DNA of 46,511 bases from Octopus sinensis (Eukaryota): assembly GCF_006345805.1 (NCBI RefSeq), contig NW_021834659.1, positions 1-46,511 on the forward strand, written 5' to 3'. This document shows, piece after piece, positions 11,346 to 23,249 of the stretch. Both the position numbers and the translations under genes were made by a program. The stretch's first letter is position 1, and each line of letters starts with the position of its first letter. Under the pieces are notes generated by a model, which ran no database searches, was not told the origin of the DNA, and was given only the letters and a program-made list of their open reading frames with translations.

Positions 11346-12729
11346 GCATGCAGCAGCCATTACTTTTGTTATTGTTGTTTAGTCTTGTGGGTCAGCTTTG
11401 ATCAAGCGGATCCATAATCAAAAAGTACTCCAACCACAGAATGGAAAATTAAATCAAACGCTGGTGTGATTTGAACCCAGAACGTGACTACATACCGAAA
11501 GACATCTTTATTTGCAGCCTCTCTAAGGATTCTGCCACGCTACCATTCTGATTACTGGAAAACCATGAGGTGCATGTGCGTGTGTGTGTGAGCGCACGAG
11601 TGTATATATATATATATATTTATTTATGTATGAGCATTATATGCATTCATGTATGTATGAAGGCGTGTGTATGTATTCAAGTGTATGTATACATGTATGG
11701 GCATGTGCATGCATTCTTATGTGCGTATGCAAGCATCCATTCTTGTCTGTGCATGCATGTGAGTATGCATACGCCTTCATCCGTATGCATAGGAGCATGG
11801 TATGCATTCATACGTGTACGTACATGCATGAGCATGTGAACGTGAGCATGTGAACGTAAGCATCCTTGTGTATGAATGTAAGCGTGTACATGCCTTCGTG
11901 TGTATATGAGTATGTGTGTGTGTGTGTGTGTGTGTGTGTCTGTCTGTTTGTGCGTGCGTGCATTAGAGGTGCGTTCAGAAGCAAGCATTCTTGTCTGTTT
12001 GTTAGCTGTAGTCTCTGAAAAATGTCTTTTCACTAATTTTCGATCCACCACCTCACCTTGCAATGTAATTCATATCCAACCGATATGTTCCCGGAAAAGA
12101 TCTGTTTCATTGGTCGATTGCAAAGAGTGGGTGTTCAGGAAACAAATTTGTCTTTATTTTTTGTCTTTTTTTTTTTACCATTGATTGATTGATTGATTGA
12201 TTGATTGTTTGGTTGGTGGGTGGGTGGGTTGGTTAGCTGGTGTGTTGATGGCTGCGAATTGTATACATAGAAACTGGTTAATTGTGTGAGTCTGGCGAAT
12301 GGATGGTTAACGAGCATGTGACTAAGCGAGTGTGTGGAACTGAGTTGAGTGTGTCACTCAGTGAGTGAATGAATGAATGTGGTTGAGTAAGGGTTGTGTG
12401 TAAGCAGTTGGATGAGTTAAACAACGCTAATTAGTGTGTGCGTAGGTGTGTGCGACTGGTGACTGTGAGTGAATGTGGTTGTGTGTGTGTGTGTGTGTGT
12501 GTGAGGAGTGATTAAGTTGAGTGTGTGCATGTAATTGACTTGAGTGTGTGTGTGTGACTGTGTTGAGTGTTAGTATGTGAGACTGAGTTCAATGTGAATG
12601 TGTATGACTGAGTGATGAGCAATTGAATATGGCTGAGTGTGTGGCCGAGTTTGAGTGCAGTTGAGTGGTTGCATAGCTGAAACACCATTAGCATGTGAGT
12701 GATTATGACTGAGTTGAGCATGCTGAGTG

Positions 12730-13140
12730 TGTATGACCATGTGAGTGCTTGAGCACATGTTTCTGACTGAGCAAGTGAATTACAGAGTCGAGTGTGAGTG
12801 AATGAGAAGGTGAGTGTATAACTGAGTAAGAGCATGGTTCGCTAAGTGTGTAGGATAATGTGTGCTGAGTTGAGTGTGAGTGTGACTGAGTTAGAGGGCA
12901 GGTGTATAACTGAGTAAATGTGTGACTGGCTGAATAGGATGTGTGGGACCATGTGGGTGCCTGAGCACATGTTTTTGATTGGGTAATCAGTGACTGAGTT
13001 AGAGGGTGGGCATGTTACTGAGTAGGTATGTGACTGGCTGAATAGGTGGTGCAGGATCATGTGGGTGCCTGAGCATGTGTTTTCGACTGAGCGATCATGA
13101 TTGAGCCTGAGCAACTGAGTGAATTAGCAGTCGAGTGAGC
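12730..13140. repeat. Degenerate minisatellite, ~108-bp unit, within a TGAGT/TGACT-rich tract (12290-13190)
   Basis: GTGACTGAGTTAGAGGG at 12882 and 12990; GA(C/T)CATGTG(G/A)GTGC(C/T)TGAGCA recurs at ~12735, 12946 and 13055. Confidence 0.7.
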
Positions 13141-13409
13141 GAGCTAGTGTGTGGGTGTGTGTTTGTGTGACTGAGTAAGTTGAAGAGAGCATGAGAGAGA
13201 AAGAATAACAGAACGAGAGAGAGAGAGAGAGAGGAAGAAAGAGAGAGAAAGAAAGAGGCCACAATTGATTTTCTTCTTGTCTTATTTTTAATGTTTCCAC
13301 CGTGACAGACGATCAATGAACAGAACATTTTACTTAATTTCTGTCTGTGTTGTGTGTATGCGTAGTATGTGAGTGTGTGTGTGTGTGTGTGTGTGTGGCA
13401 TAACGCAAA

Positions 13410-13444
<35 letters not shown>

Positions 13445-14091
13445 TTATACAGGTGTGCCCGTGCATGTGTACAAGTGTGCACATGTGGGAGACATGTCTG
13501 CGGACAGATTGCAAGGATGTTCCAGAGATGTGTCCAACTGAAGTAATATATGGACATTAAACAAACCATACGCTTACCGACAACAACAATGTCAACGAAT
13601 ATAAGATGATGAGGATGATAATGGTGGTGGTGGTGGTGGTGTTGGTGATGGTGGTGATGATAGTAGTAGTAGTAGTAGTAGTGGTGGTGATGGAGGTGGA
13701 GGTGATGAGATAGTGGAGCCGACAGTGGTGATGGTAGTAGCAGAGGTGGTGGTGGCGAGAGCGGTGATGATAGTGATGGTGGTGGTGATGATGATAGTGG
13801 TGATGGTAGAAGCACAGGTGGCAGTGGTGGGGGTGACGATGGATGGCAATAATGATTGCATTTAAATATATATATGCGTGTGCATGTGTGTGTGTGTGTG
13901 TGTGTTCATGCGTGCATATATTATAACACATCAAGCCATATATTATACAGGGTATTTCTTTTTTCTAGTCCATATATTAATCATGTTGGCAATATAGTGT
14001 GTGTATATAATCACATGTGCTGCATATAATTGTATGTGTGCGTGTGTGTGTGTGTGTGTGGAAGAGAGACAAGTTTGCAAATATTGCTCTC

Positions 14092-14125
<34 letters not shown>

Positions 14126-14334
14126 GCACACCCACACAAACACACTACACTCATAAATAAAGAACACCACTGAATTTCTTGGACACAGCTCTCACGTTTG
14201 CTCTGTATTGATTTGTATATCCATTTATTATATTATATATGTCTGTATATATACACATACACACACATATACCTGTGTATATATATATTTATTTATACAT
14301 ACACACACACAGATAGACAGACACAAACACATAC

Positions 14335-14552
14335 TCTTTTTAGTCTTTTACTTTCATTTGACTTTTTACTCTTTTCAGTCATTTGACTGTAGCCATACTG
14401 GAGCACCACCTTTAGTCAAATTGACCCCTGGACTTATTCTTTGTAAGCCTAGTATTTGTTATTTTTGCTGAACTGCTAAGTTATGGGGACATAAACACAC
14501 CAGCATCGGTTGTCAAATGATGTTGTGGGGGGGGACAAACACAGACACACAA
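14335..14552 (-). mobile_element. SINE family A 3' half
   Basis: TTTCAGTCATTTGACTGTAGCCATACTGGAGCACCACCTTTAGTC...GGGGACATAAACACACCAGCATCGGTTGTCAA. Confidence 0.8.
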
Positions 14553-14603
<51 letters not shown>

Positions 14604-15309
14604 CACATATGTATCTGTGTATACGTGTATGTATGTATACATGTGTTTGTGTGTGTATAGACGAATGTATGCATGTACAAGTGAGGAGACGAAACAAAAA
14701 AAAAAAAGAAATGGCAGAACATTGAAATCATCAGTCATGCGGTCTCGGCTGGAGAGATGACAGAACTGGTATGGATGGGAGCGAAGATGAGGAATCAGCC
14801 AGACTGCAGCTGGGTGAAATATGCGGGGTGGAGACACAGCCCAAACACCCATCGTAAAAGGAGAGGACGTAATTAGAAGCAACTCAGATTAGATCTTGGC
14901 ATACTGAGTACTGGAACCATATGAGATGATACTTAATTAACATGACGAGTTAGTAGTTAATAGGCCATACTTAAAACTGAATCAACATTCACCTCCCGCC
15001 CCAGTAACAGCATAAGAGACATTAATACACATACACCCCCCCACACACCACACATCTCAAAAGTCCTTCCTGGGCCATAAACTCAGAAGGCTGGTTTCCT
15101 AGATTCTGCGGTGAATATATTGATTCCCTTGATAGGACGCCATATATATAGTTGCCATGCCATCAACTGTGTGTGAGTGTGTGAGTGTGTGTGTGTGTGT
15201 GTGTGCATGTGTGTATATATGTATTATATATATAAGTGTGCATGAGATGTGGATTTAAAAAATTGTGTAGTTGTCAGAGTAAGTTCAGCTTACAGGCTCG
15301 GCTATCAGT

Positions 15310-15348
<39 letters not shown>

Positions 15349-16528
15349 CCCCAGTGTAGTAGTAATGTATTAGACAAGGGAAGTTGAAAGCCATGCTTTA
15401 TTCTACCTTAACCATACCCACACACCTGTCATATATTTGCAGCATTTTGCTAAGGTCCTCCACAGCAACAAGCAAATATATAACACCGGTACATGGTCGT
15501 GCAGGCTTTTACGGGGAAAATGAAGAGGGGGCAGGATGAGGTATGGTTGATGAAGTTGACCTGAGTACATCACTGGTTGTAAAATTATTTAATCAACACC
15601 CTCACCTGACTAACTCTACACCTTGGCTGAATGATTAAAAAGTACCAAAAAAACAAAAAAAAAATCAGTAAATGAATAAAAATAATAAAGCCGACACCCA
15701 TCTGCAAAATCTGAACTCGGACTCTAAAAAAGTCGTAACTAAACGACTGTGAAGCATTTCGTCCTCCGCCCTGCTGCCAACCCACCAACCCTTTTAAAAT
15801 CAATACATAATTAACGTAAATGCTAGCTGGAAAAGAGAAGAGTCAGGTTTCTTAGTAGCTGCTGCTGTTGTCATTGTTGTTGTTGTTGTTGTTGTTGTTG
15901 TAGCAGCGGTTGTCTTTGTATAATAATAAGTCTGTCAATTTAGATAAGAACGCCACCTTATATCAGGATTGAACTTATCTTCTACCGCTTAGAAGAAGGT
16001 CGTAGAGATACTTTAAAGATTAATGCAATGCTAGCTGCTAATCTGTTTTTATTTATTTATACGATGTTGTTCTTCAGGGTGGGCATGGAGGGGTTGTTGC
16101 ATTCGTTGCTGGGGAGGAATATATATATATTTTTTTTTACTCTTTTATCATTGTGTCTTATTCTTGTTTTTTTTGTTTTTTTTTTTGCCTTTCTCTTTTG
16201 ATAATTTGTCTTCAGTAATTCGGTAATTCTTAATTAACAACTTGTTGCTAAGTTTCATTAATGTTAATCTGCTAAATGCAAATCTCAAATCATTCAACGC
16301 TAAATCTCAAACGAGGCCTTCTAGCGTAAATGTTACTTATACCTGTAAGTACATCAACATGTGTATGCGATATACATATACATATATATATATATATATA
16401 TATGGACATATACACATATATGTATATATTATATAGACACACACATCTGTACGTAAACATCTGCATGCACATACATACATATACACTTATTAGTGCATAT
16501 ATACGTGAAGACATAAGAATTATATAAG

Positions 16529-16562
<34 letters not shown>

Positions 16563-16820
16563 CATACATGCATACAACAAGTTTCAGTTATAGCTAAGGG
16601 TATATATTCACTTCATAAAGGACAAAAAAAACCTTTATGCACTAAGATGCAGCTTAACAATAGCAAATCAATTTACAGATAACGAGCAGAGAAAACAGAC
16701 TTCAACACAGGTGTGGAACTTGAATAATGGACACTCCACTTCTATATAATATACATGTGTATGTATGTGTATATATACATACATACATATATGTATATAC
16801 GTTTGTACGTGCATATGTAC

Positions 16821-17060
16821 TGGAGGCGCATAGATTAGTGGGTAGAGTTTTTGACTCATTATTGTAAGAGTATGCTTTCGATTCTTGGACTGGGTAAGGC
16901 ATTGTGTTCTTGAGCAAAGCACTTCATTTCGTGTTCATCCAGTCCACTCAGCTGGCAAAAGTGAGTGATCTTGGGATGGACTGGCATTCTATCCTGGAGG
17001 GAAATACACATGCCACAAAATCCAGAAAAACAGCCTTATGAGCGTCAGGCTTAGGAAAGA
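16821..17060 (+). mobile_element. SINE family D (tRNA-derived head)
   Basis: TGGAGGCGCATAGATTAGTGGGTAGAG...TTCGATTCTTGGAC...TTGTGTTCTTGAGCAAAGCACTT...CAGTCCACTCAGCTGGCAAAA...GATGGACTGGCA; homologous to inverted copies at 18790, 38785 and 40831. Confidence 0.75.
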
Positions 17061-17247
17061 ACTTTGTTCCTTCATTTAATGTATGTATGTATGTATATAT
17101 ATTTGAAGAAACCAGCTTCATGAGACTCTGGCCTAGGGAAGAACTTTGCTCTTTCATTTAACGTATGTACATATATATTTGAAGAAACCAGCCTTATAAG
17201 ACTCTAGTCCAAGAAAGAACTTTGATCCTTCATTTAATGTATGTATG

Positions 17248-17255
<8 letters not shown>
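17025..17255 (+). repeat. Three tandem copies (~76-80 bp) of the SINE D tail plus flank
   Basis: GAA(G)AAAC(C)AGC...AAGAACTTTG..C(C/T)TTCATTTAA(T/C)GTATG starting at 17025, 17105 and 17181. Confidence 0.85.
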
Positions 17256-17288
<33 letters not shown>

Positions 17289-17304
17289 TAATATATATAT
17301 ATAT

Positions 17305-17504
17305 AGTTTTAATCCAAACATGAAAGCACAAAAGAAAACACAACAACGCGAGGACGTGGAACAAATATAGTATTATTGGACGCTCAGGAAGGAAGGGAAG
17401 AAGGAGGGTTTAATGTTTCGAGCGGAGCTCTTCATCGGAAATATAGGAGAAGGAAAAATCCAGAGAAGGGAAGACAGAGGAAAAAAAATCGCCGACGGCA
17501 CACA
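17305..17504 (-). mobile_element. Short TA-microsatellite-embedded element with a minimal hammerhead-like motif (Penelope-like pseudo-LTR relic)
   Basis: Minus strand 17441-17408: TTT-CCGATGA-A-GAGC-TCC-GCTC-GAAA-CATT-AAA. A homologous copy lies at 20208-20336. Confidence 0.6.
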
Positions 17505-17907
17505 AACCTATGAATTTGCAGATATATAAGCATATTTCCAGAGCCAAAGGATCTGACAAAACAACTAAACCACTCTTGCAGGATTCAATATCTCCTCCAG
17601 TGATTTCAAGACATGGCTAATCTTGGTGTTCAATGTCACTAAAGTTCACATCGGATATAGCATAGAATATGACAGCGAGAGGAACTTCACACATCTATAA
17701 CACACATCAAAAATACGCATGCCAACCCATACATGCACACACACCCAAAAACACTTCTTATAGTGATGTACACTATATTCGCACTTTCACATGCATATAC
17801 AGATGTTAATATATACATGTGTGTGATTTTCTTATAATGAAATATGCACACAAACCTTATGCACATGTACAAATATTAACATCCCACACTCTCTCTATTT
17901 CTGTATA

Positions 17908-17948
<41 letters not shown>

Positions 17949-17949
17949 A

Positions 17950-17993
<44 letters not shown>

Positions 17994-18014
17994 TATTATA
18001 TTTATATATATATG

Positions 18015-18049
<35 letters not shown>

Positions 18050-18071
18050 ATATATGTGTATATATATATAT

Positions 18072-18128
<57 letters not shown>

Positions 18129-18706
18129 ATGTATATATTGTATATATATATATGACAGGCTTTCATTTATTCTCTCTCTCTCCACACACACACACATATA
18201 TATGTATATATATATACAGATCGACAGATAGCTGGAGAGATAGACAAATAGATATGTGTAAACACACATAGATGAAAAAAAAAAACCCGTGTACGCCTCA
18301 TTACTCATGAAGGGAGCTTCTAAGAGGAAGCCGGTGCTTGTCTCTGGAGTTCCATGGTATTAAGCAGATGGATAAATTACAAACACACTCTCCCCCACCA
18401 AATCCCCACACCACCCCTGTATTCATCATTACCACTGCCACTGTCACCACCACCCCAATGATGGCTGCAGGTACATCTCAATCAGGCACACATTCCCAGA
18501 CAATCTGGTACCCAAGTGAGTATACTGACGAGACTGGGGTAAAGGACCTGAAGGTGAAAGCCCCTCTCTCTCTCTTTGCATGAATGTTGACTTGCTAGAA
18601 ATAGAAGGCAAATCATCTCCCTCAAATCAGACTGTGCTATCCTTAAACAATAAGAACACATTCAAAGAAATAATTCTAGATGTGTGTGTGTGTATATATA
18701 TGTATG

Positions 18707-18778
<72 letters not shown>

Positions 18779-18789
18779 TGACCACCACC

Positions 18790-18990
18790 AAGTGGATATC
18801 CATTATCCTAGAAGTCGACCCCCTATGGTCTTATCACATCGCAACTCATTTCTACAGCTGAGTGAACTGGAGCAACGCGAAGTAAAGTATCTTGCTCAAG
18901 AACACAATATGCAGCCTGGTCCAGGATTCGAACTCACAACCTCACAGTTGTAAGTTCAACGCTCTAACCACTGAGCCATGTGCCTTCACT
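18790..18990 (-). mobile_element. SINE family D
   Basis: CTCATTT...CAGCTGAGTGAACTGGAGCAACG...CTTGCTCAAGAACACAA...CAGGATTCGAACTCAC...CTCTAACCACTGAGCCATGTGCCTTCAC. Confidence 0.8.
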
Positions 18991-20207
18991 ACATAAGCTA
19001 GAGCACTGGTTTTAAATTGATATCAATCAAATTCATATTCAATTTTTCACCCTTATTATTTCAAATTTACAAACATACATATATACACACATGTATACCT
19101 ATGTATATACATGCATATATAGTATGACTGTCGTGAGATTGAGTATATATTTATGTAAGTGAATGTTTGGAAAAGTGAACATGTTAACATGTTAGTATGC
19201 ATTTATACTGTGATCTATGTCCATGTATATATATATATATATATAATAATATATATATATACATATACACACATATATACATACATACACAGACACAAAC
19301 ATCTATATCAACCTGTGTGTGCATATACATATTTATATATATGTATGTTACACACACGTGTGTGTATATATATATATATTATATATATATATATATACAC
19401 ACATACATATATGCTACCATACATGTATGCATATGTGGTGTGGTATGTGTGTGTGTACATACACACACGTGTATATAACATATGTACGGGCACTAATAAC
19501 GGAATGTGGCACCATGGAGGTCATCTCAGTGTTCCAGCAGACTTTCTCTCCCGTACACACACGCACACACACACCGGTGCCACAAACGCACACGGGCATA
19601 CTCAGAAATACAAACCCACACACACACACACACACACACATACACACACAAAGTCTAGAACAGGAATGGAATATGTTAGCTTCACAGTAATAACATAAAC
19701 ATAGAAAAAAAAAAAAGAAGGAAACAACGGTAAAACCCAGCATCATTAAGTCTTTGTACAAAAACTCTGGCAATTTCTTTTTTCTGATCTGATGGACAAT
19801 ATGGAAGCAATTAGGAAGATACGGAAAAGTTTGTGGGCATAGATGTATAGGCACACACACACACACATACACAGACACACAGATATATACACAGACACAC
19901 ACACATATATATATATATATACATATATAGACATATATATGCATATATACACATATACACATATATACACATATACACATATATATATACATATATACAC
20001 ACATACACGCACAAAGACACAAACTTCATTTCTTAATTTATCCATATATACATAAACAAATATATATACACACATGTATGCACACTCATGCACACACACA
20101 CACACACACAGATACACACATAAGTGCATATACATATACACGCACAAGTGCATAAACATATATACATACATGCATACACACACATTTATAAACTCCATTT
20201 GTCAATT

Positions 20208-20336
20208 TAGAAGAGCGCCTGCTCGAAATGTTAAACCATCTTTCTTTCCATTCCTGAGTGTCTGCTAATACATTGCATGTACCACGTCCTTGCGTTGTTG
20301 TTCTTTTATGTTTGTTTTTTGTTTTCGATTTACTAT
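20208..20336 (+). mobile_element. Second, 5'-truncated copy of the hammerhead-associated element
   Basis: GAAGAGC-GCCT-GCTC-GAAATGTTAAACC...TTCCTGAG...CCACGTCCTTGCGTTGTTG aligns with the reverse complement of 17341-17433; the CYGAnGA half is lost. Confidence 0.6.
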
Positions 20337-20514
20337 ATAAACATATATATATATACATATATACACACATGCATGCATGTGCAGACACACACACGCACAC
20401 GCACAGATATTAGAAAGTATTCAGTAGCAAGTCTAGAGTAATATGCTTCATCGGTTGCTAAACTTTCAGAAGGGGTCACCCTCTGAGCTTTCTTGTTGCT
20501 AATCATTCAGCAAA

Positions 20515-20790
20515 TACACCAGCATTGGTTGCCAAGTGATGGTGGTGGTAGTGGAGGGTCAAACTCAAACACAAACAAATACAAACACATATACATATAT
20601 AATATATATAATATATACACACACACGATGGGCTTCTTTTAGTTTCCGTCTGCTAAATCCACTCACAAGGCTTTAGTCAACCGAAGGCTATAGTAGACGA
20701 CATTCACCCAAGGTGCCATGCAGTGGGACTGAACTTGGAACCATGTGGTTGGGAAGCAAGCTTCTTACCACACAGCCACACCCGCACCTA
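20515..20790 (-). mobile_element. SINE family A
   Basis: GGGCTTCTTTTAGTTTCCGTC...CCCAAGGTGCCATGCAGTGGGACTGAAC...CTTCTTACCACACAGCCACACCCGCACCTA. Confidence 0.85.
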
Positions 20791-21426
20791 CAGTATATAT
20801 ATATGTATATATATATGCCTGCACCTACAGTGTATATATATATATATATATATCCTTAAATCCTTAAAAATCCTTTAAAATGTTTTAGCCCGAAGGCCGC
20901 GGCCATGCTGGGGCCCACCGCTGAAAATAAATACAATCTATATAGTAGATATATATAAACAGGCTAAATTTAACTATTTCTCCTTACAGTGAAAAAATTG
21001 AGGAATACCCTTAATTGATTTTCCAGCCTTATTGAGTTCTCATCAGTTATCTACATCAGTTTGACCAATCCCAGAGAAATGAGCAGCCAGCCTGTTTATA
21101 CACTCAATACTACCAGTAGCTACAGAGAACTGGAGCAACAAATTCGCAAACCCGTGTTCAACCCTCTTGGGACACCTGGGCTGATTGATCAACCCAAATG
21201 ATACCAGCTGAAAGGACTTTGAGGCTGTTTCATCAGCCCGATGAGACAAACGTTCTGAATGGTTAGTTTTGAAGTGTAATAGCCAATCAGAGATCGTCTT
21301 TCAGTACACATTTTCTTATTATTTAACAGAAACATTGATGTTTATTTTTTTTATCTATTTCCCTGTATTATGTTGTTTTAGGTTTTGATAGGTTGTGATA
21401 GATGTATTGTACTGTTTATAAGCTTT

Positions 21427-21728
21427 CATCATCATCATCATCATCATCATCGTTTAATGTCTGCTTTCCATGCTAGCATGGGTTGGACGATTTGACTGAG
21501 GTCTGGTGAACCAGATGGCTGCACCAGGCTCCAATCTTGATCTGGCAGAGTTTCTACAAATGGATGCCCTTCCTAACGCCAACCTCTCCGAGAGTGTAGT
21601 GGGTGCTTTTACGAGGGCCAGTCAGGCACAAGGGCAAGTCAGGCACGAGGGCCGGTCAGGAGGTACTGGCAATGGCCACGCTCAAATGGTGCTTTTTATG
21701 TGCCACCTGCACAGGAGCCAGTCCAGCT
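21427..21728 (-). mobile_element. SINE family C
   Basis: (CAT)n CGTTTAATGTCTGCTTTCCATGCTAGCATGGGTTGGA...GGATGCCCTTCCTAACGCCAACC...GGTGCTTTT. Confidence 0.8.
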
Positions 21729-22675
21729 TTCATAATATAAATAGTTTTACATATTAATGAAGTAGTTTTATTCACTTTATCCTTTGTTTTCTATATGTAC
21801 CCATCAATTTTAATCTCAATAGAAAATAAATTTTGGTCTGTTTGGCTACAAATACCAAAACACCGCATATCTCAAGCGGGTTAACAACTTATTTTAGAGA
21901 CCAGGGGCTGTCACCTGGGATCTCAGTCCATGGTATGGTTTATTATATAAAACCCTATACAGAGTGTGTGTGTGTGTATGAATATGCATGCATTTCATGT
22001 ATGTAAGAAAGAATCGCAGCTGCACGTAGAATAAAAATGCTGCAAGAGAGGAAGACAAGGCAGCAACAACAACAGCGATAACAACGACAACAACAACAAC
22101 AACAACAACAATAATGACAACTATTAACACAAAAGAAAACCTGTGATAAAAGTCAACAACAAAAGAAATAATTCTTCCATAATGAAAAGTTATAGCGTAA
22201 TAATAATGATTTCAAGTTGTAATTTTTATTTATTTTTAATAATAGCTTCTTGCGATAACGCAATATCGCTGTAATAAAAATAAAATATATAAAATATATG
22301 TACAGCTATTATCATTATTTATTCATTTATTTTCTGAAAGAGCAACAACGAAATGTTGCAATGAAGTATAAATATTGTGTAGCAATATTCGAGTGTGTGT
22401 GTGTGGTCCCCAGAATATTGTATCGCTAGATTCATTCATATCTATTACAAAAACCATGGCCTCGTTGTTTCAGCAAAGAACGGATTCGCTCGTAAACTTT
22501 AGTGTAAACATGCTTTGCAGAAGCACCATGGCCATGTTGCAAAATGTAGGCATAAACATATCTAAGTATGTATGTATGTATACATGTGTTTTTGCGTGTG
22601 TATGTACATGTGTAAATGTAATGGGTATACATGTAGTTATATCTCTCCCTCTCTCATATATATATATACATACAT

Positions 22676-22827
22676 AAAATTATAATTTAGGATATCTAAG
22701 AGATACCACCACACTGGAAATAGCAGCCAAAACTTGACTCTAAAATCAACAATGTGGTTTTAGAGTAAAGTTTTAGTTACTATTTCCAGCGTGGTGGTAT
22801 CTGTTAGATACCCTAAGTTATAATTTT
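22676..22827. repeat. Long imperfect inverted repeat: 73-bp arms, 6-nt loop
   Basis: Arm 22676-22748 versus reverse complement of 22755-22827: 9 mismatches in 73 by manual alignment; loop ACAATG. Confidence 0.92.
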
Positions 22828-22942
22828 AATAATAATTATTACCTTTGAAGGTTTTTATTCCCATGCTAACCACTTAATAAGATCGATATTTAGATTAACG
22901 ATCTTATCTTTATATATATATATATATAGATATATAAATACA

Positions 22943-23070
22943 TAAAAAAAATTTTTCCCCGTAATGAGATAAAAAAACCAAGGTTGTGTAGAATTTAGAA
23001 CATTTAAAAATGTCCTAAAGTCTACACAGCCTTGGTTTTTTTTATCTCATTACGGAAAAATTTTTTTTTA
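22943..23070. repeat. Second long inverted repeat, ~62-bp arms, minimal loop
   Basis: AATTTTTCC(CC)GTAATGAGATAAAAAAACCAAGGTTGTGTAGAATTTAGAACATTT pairs with AAATGTCCTAAAGTCTACACAGCCTTGGTTTTTTTTATCTCATTACGGAAAAATT. Confidence 0.92.
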
Positions 23071-23117
23071 TATACTACACACACTGATATATGACCTACG
23101 TTGGGCCCCTTATTCGC

Positions 23118-23213
23118 CAACCTCAGCGGAATTTGAACTCAGAACATAGCGATTGGTGAAATACTGCTAAGCTTTTCGACAGGCATGCTAACAATTCTGC
23201 CAGCTCACCACCT
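23118..23213 (-). mobile_element. SINE family B 5' half
   Basis: CCTCAGCGGAATTTGAACTCAGAAC...GCTAACAATTCTGCCAGCTCACCACCT, abutting (TAA)n. Confidence 0.75.
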
Positions 23214-23214
23214 C

Positions 23215-23249
<35 letters not shown>

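Noticed and set aside
12055-12126. TTGCAAT...ATTGCAA inverted match as a possible pre-miRNA
   Set aside because: Pairing is broken by a large asymmetric bulge and a long loop; no known mature miRNA recognised.
14720-14900. Possible CR1-like C-terminal remnant (SHPYQ peptide, minus strand)
   Set aside because: A single short motif only; insufficient evidence.
17025-17255. Regularly spaced repeats superficially like a CRISPR array
   Set aside because: Whole units are homologous (no unique spacers), the context is eukaryotic and there are no cas genes.
21025-21250. CTGATGA motifs on the minus strand (also ~14730, ~36610, and CTGACGA at ~18525 and ~42995)
   Set aside because: No correctly placed stem II plus GAAA and no closing stem I, so not hammerheads.
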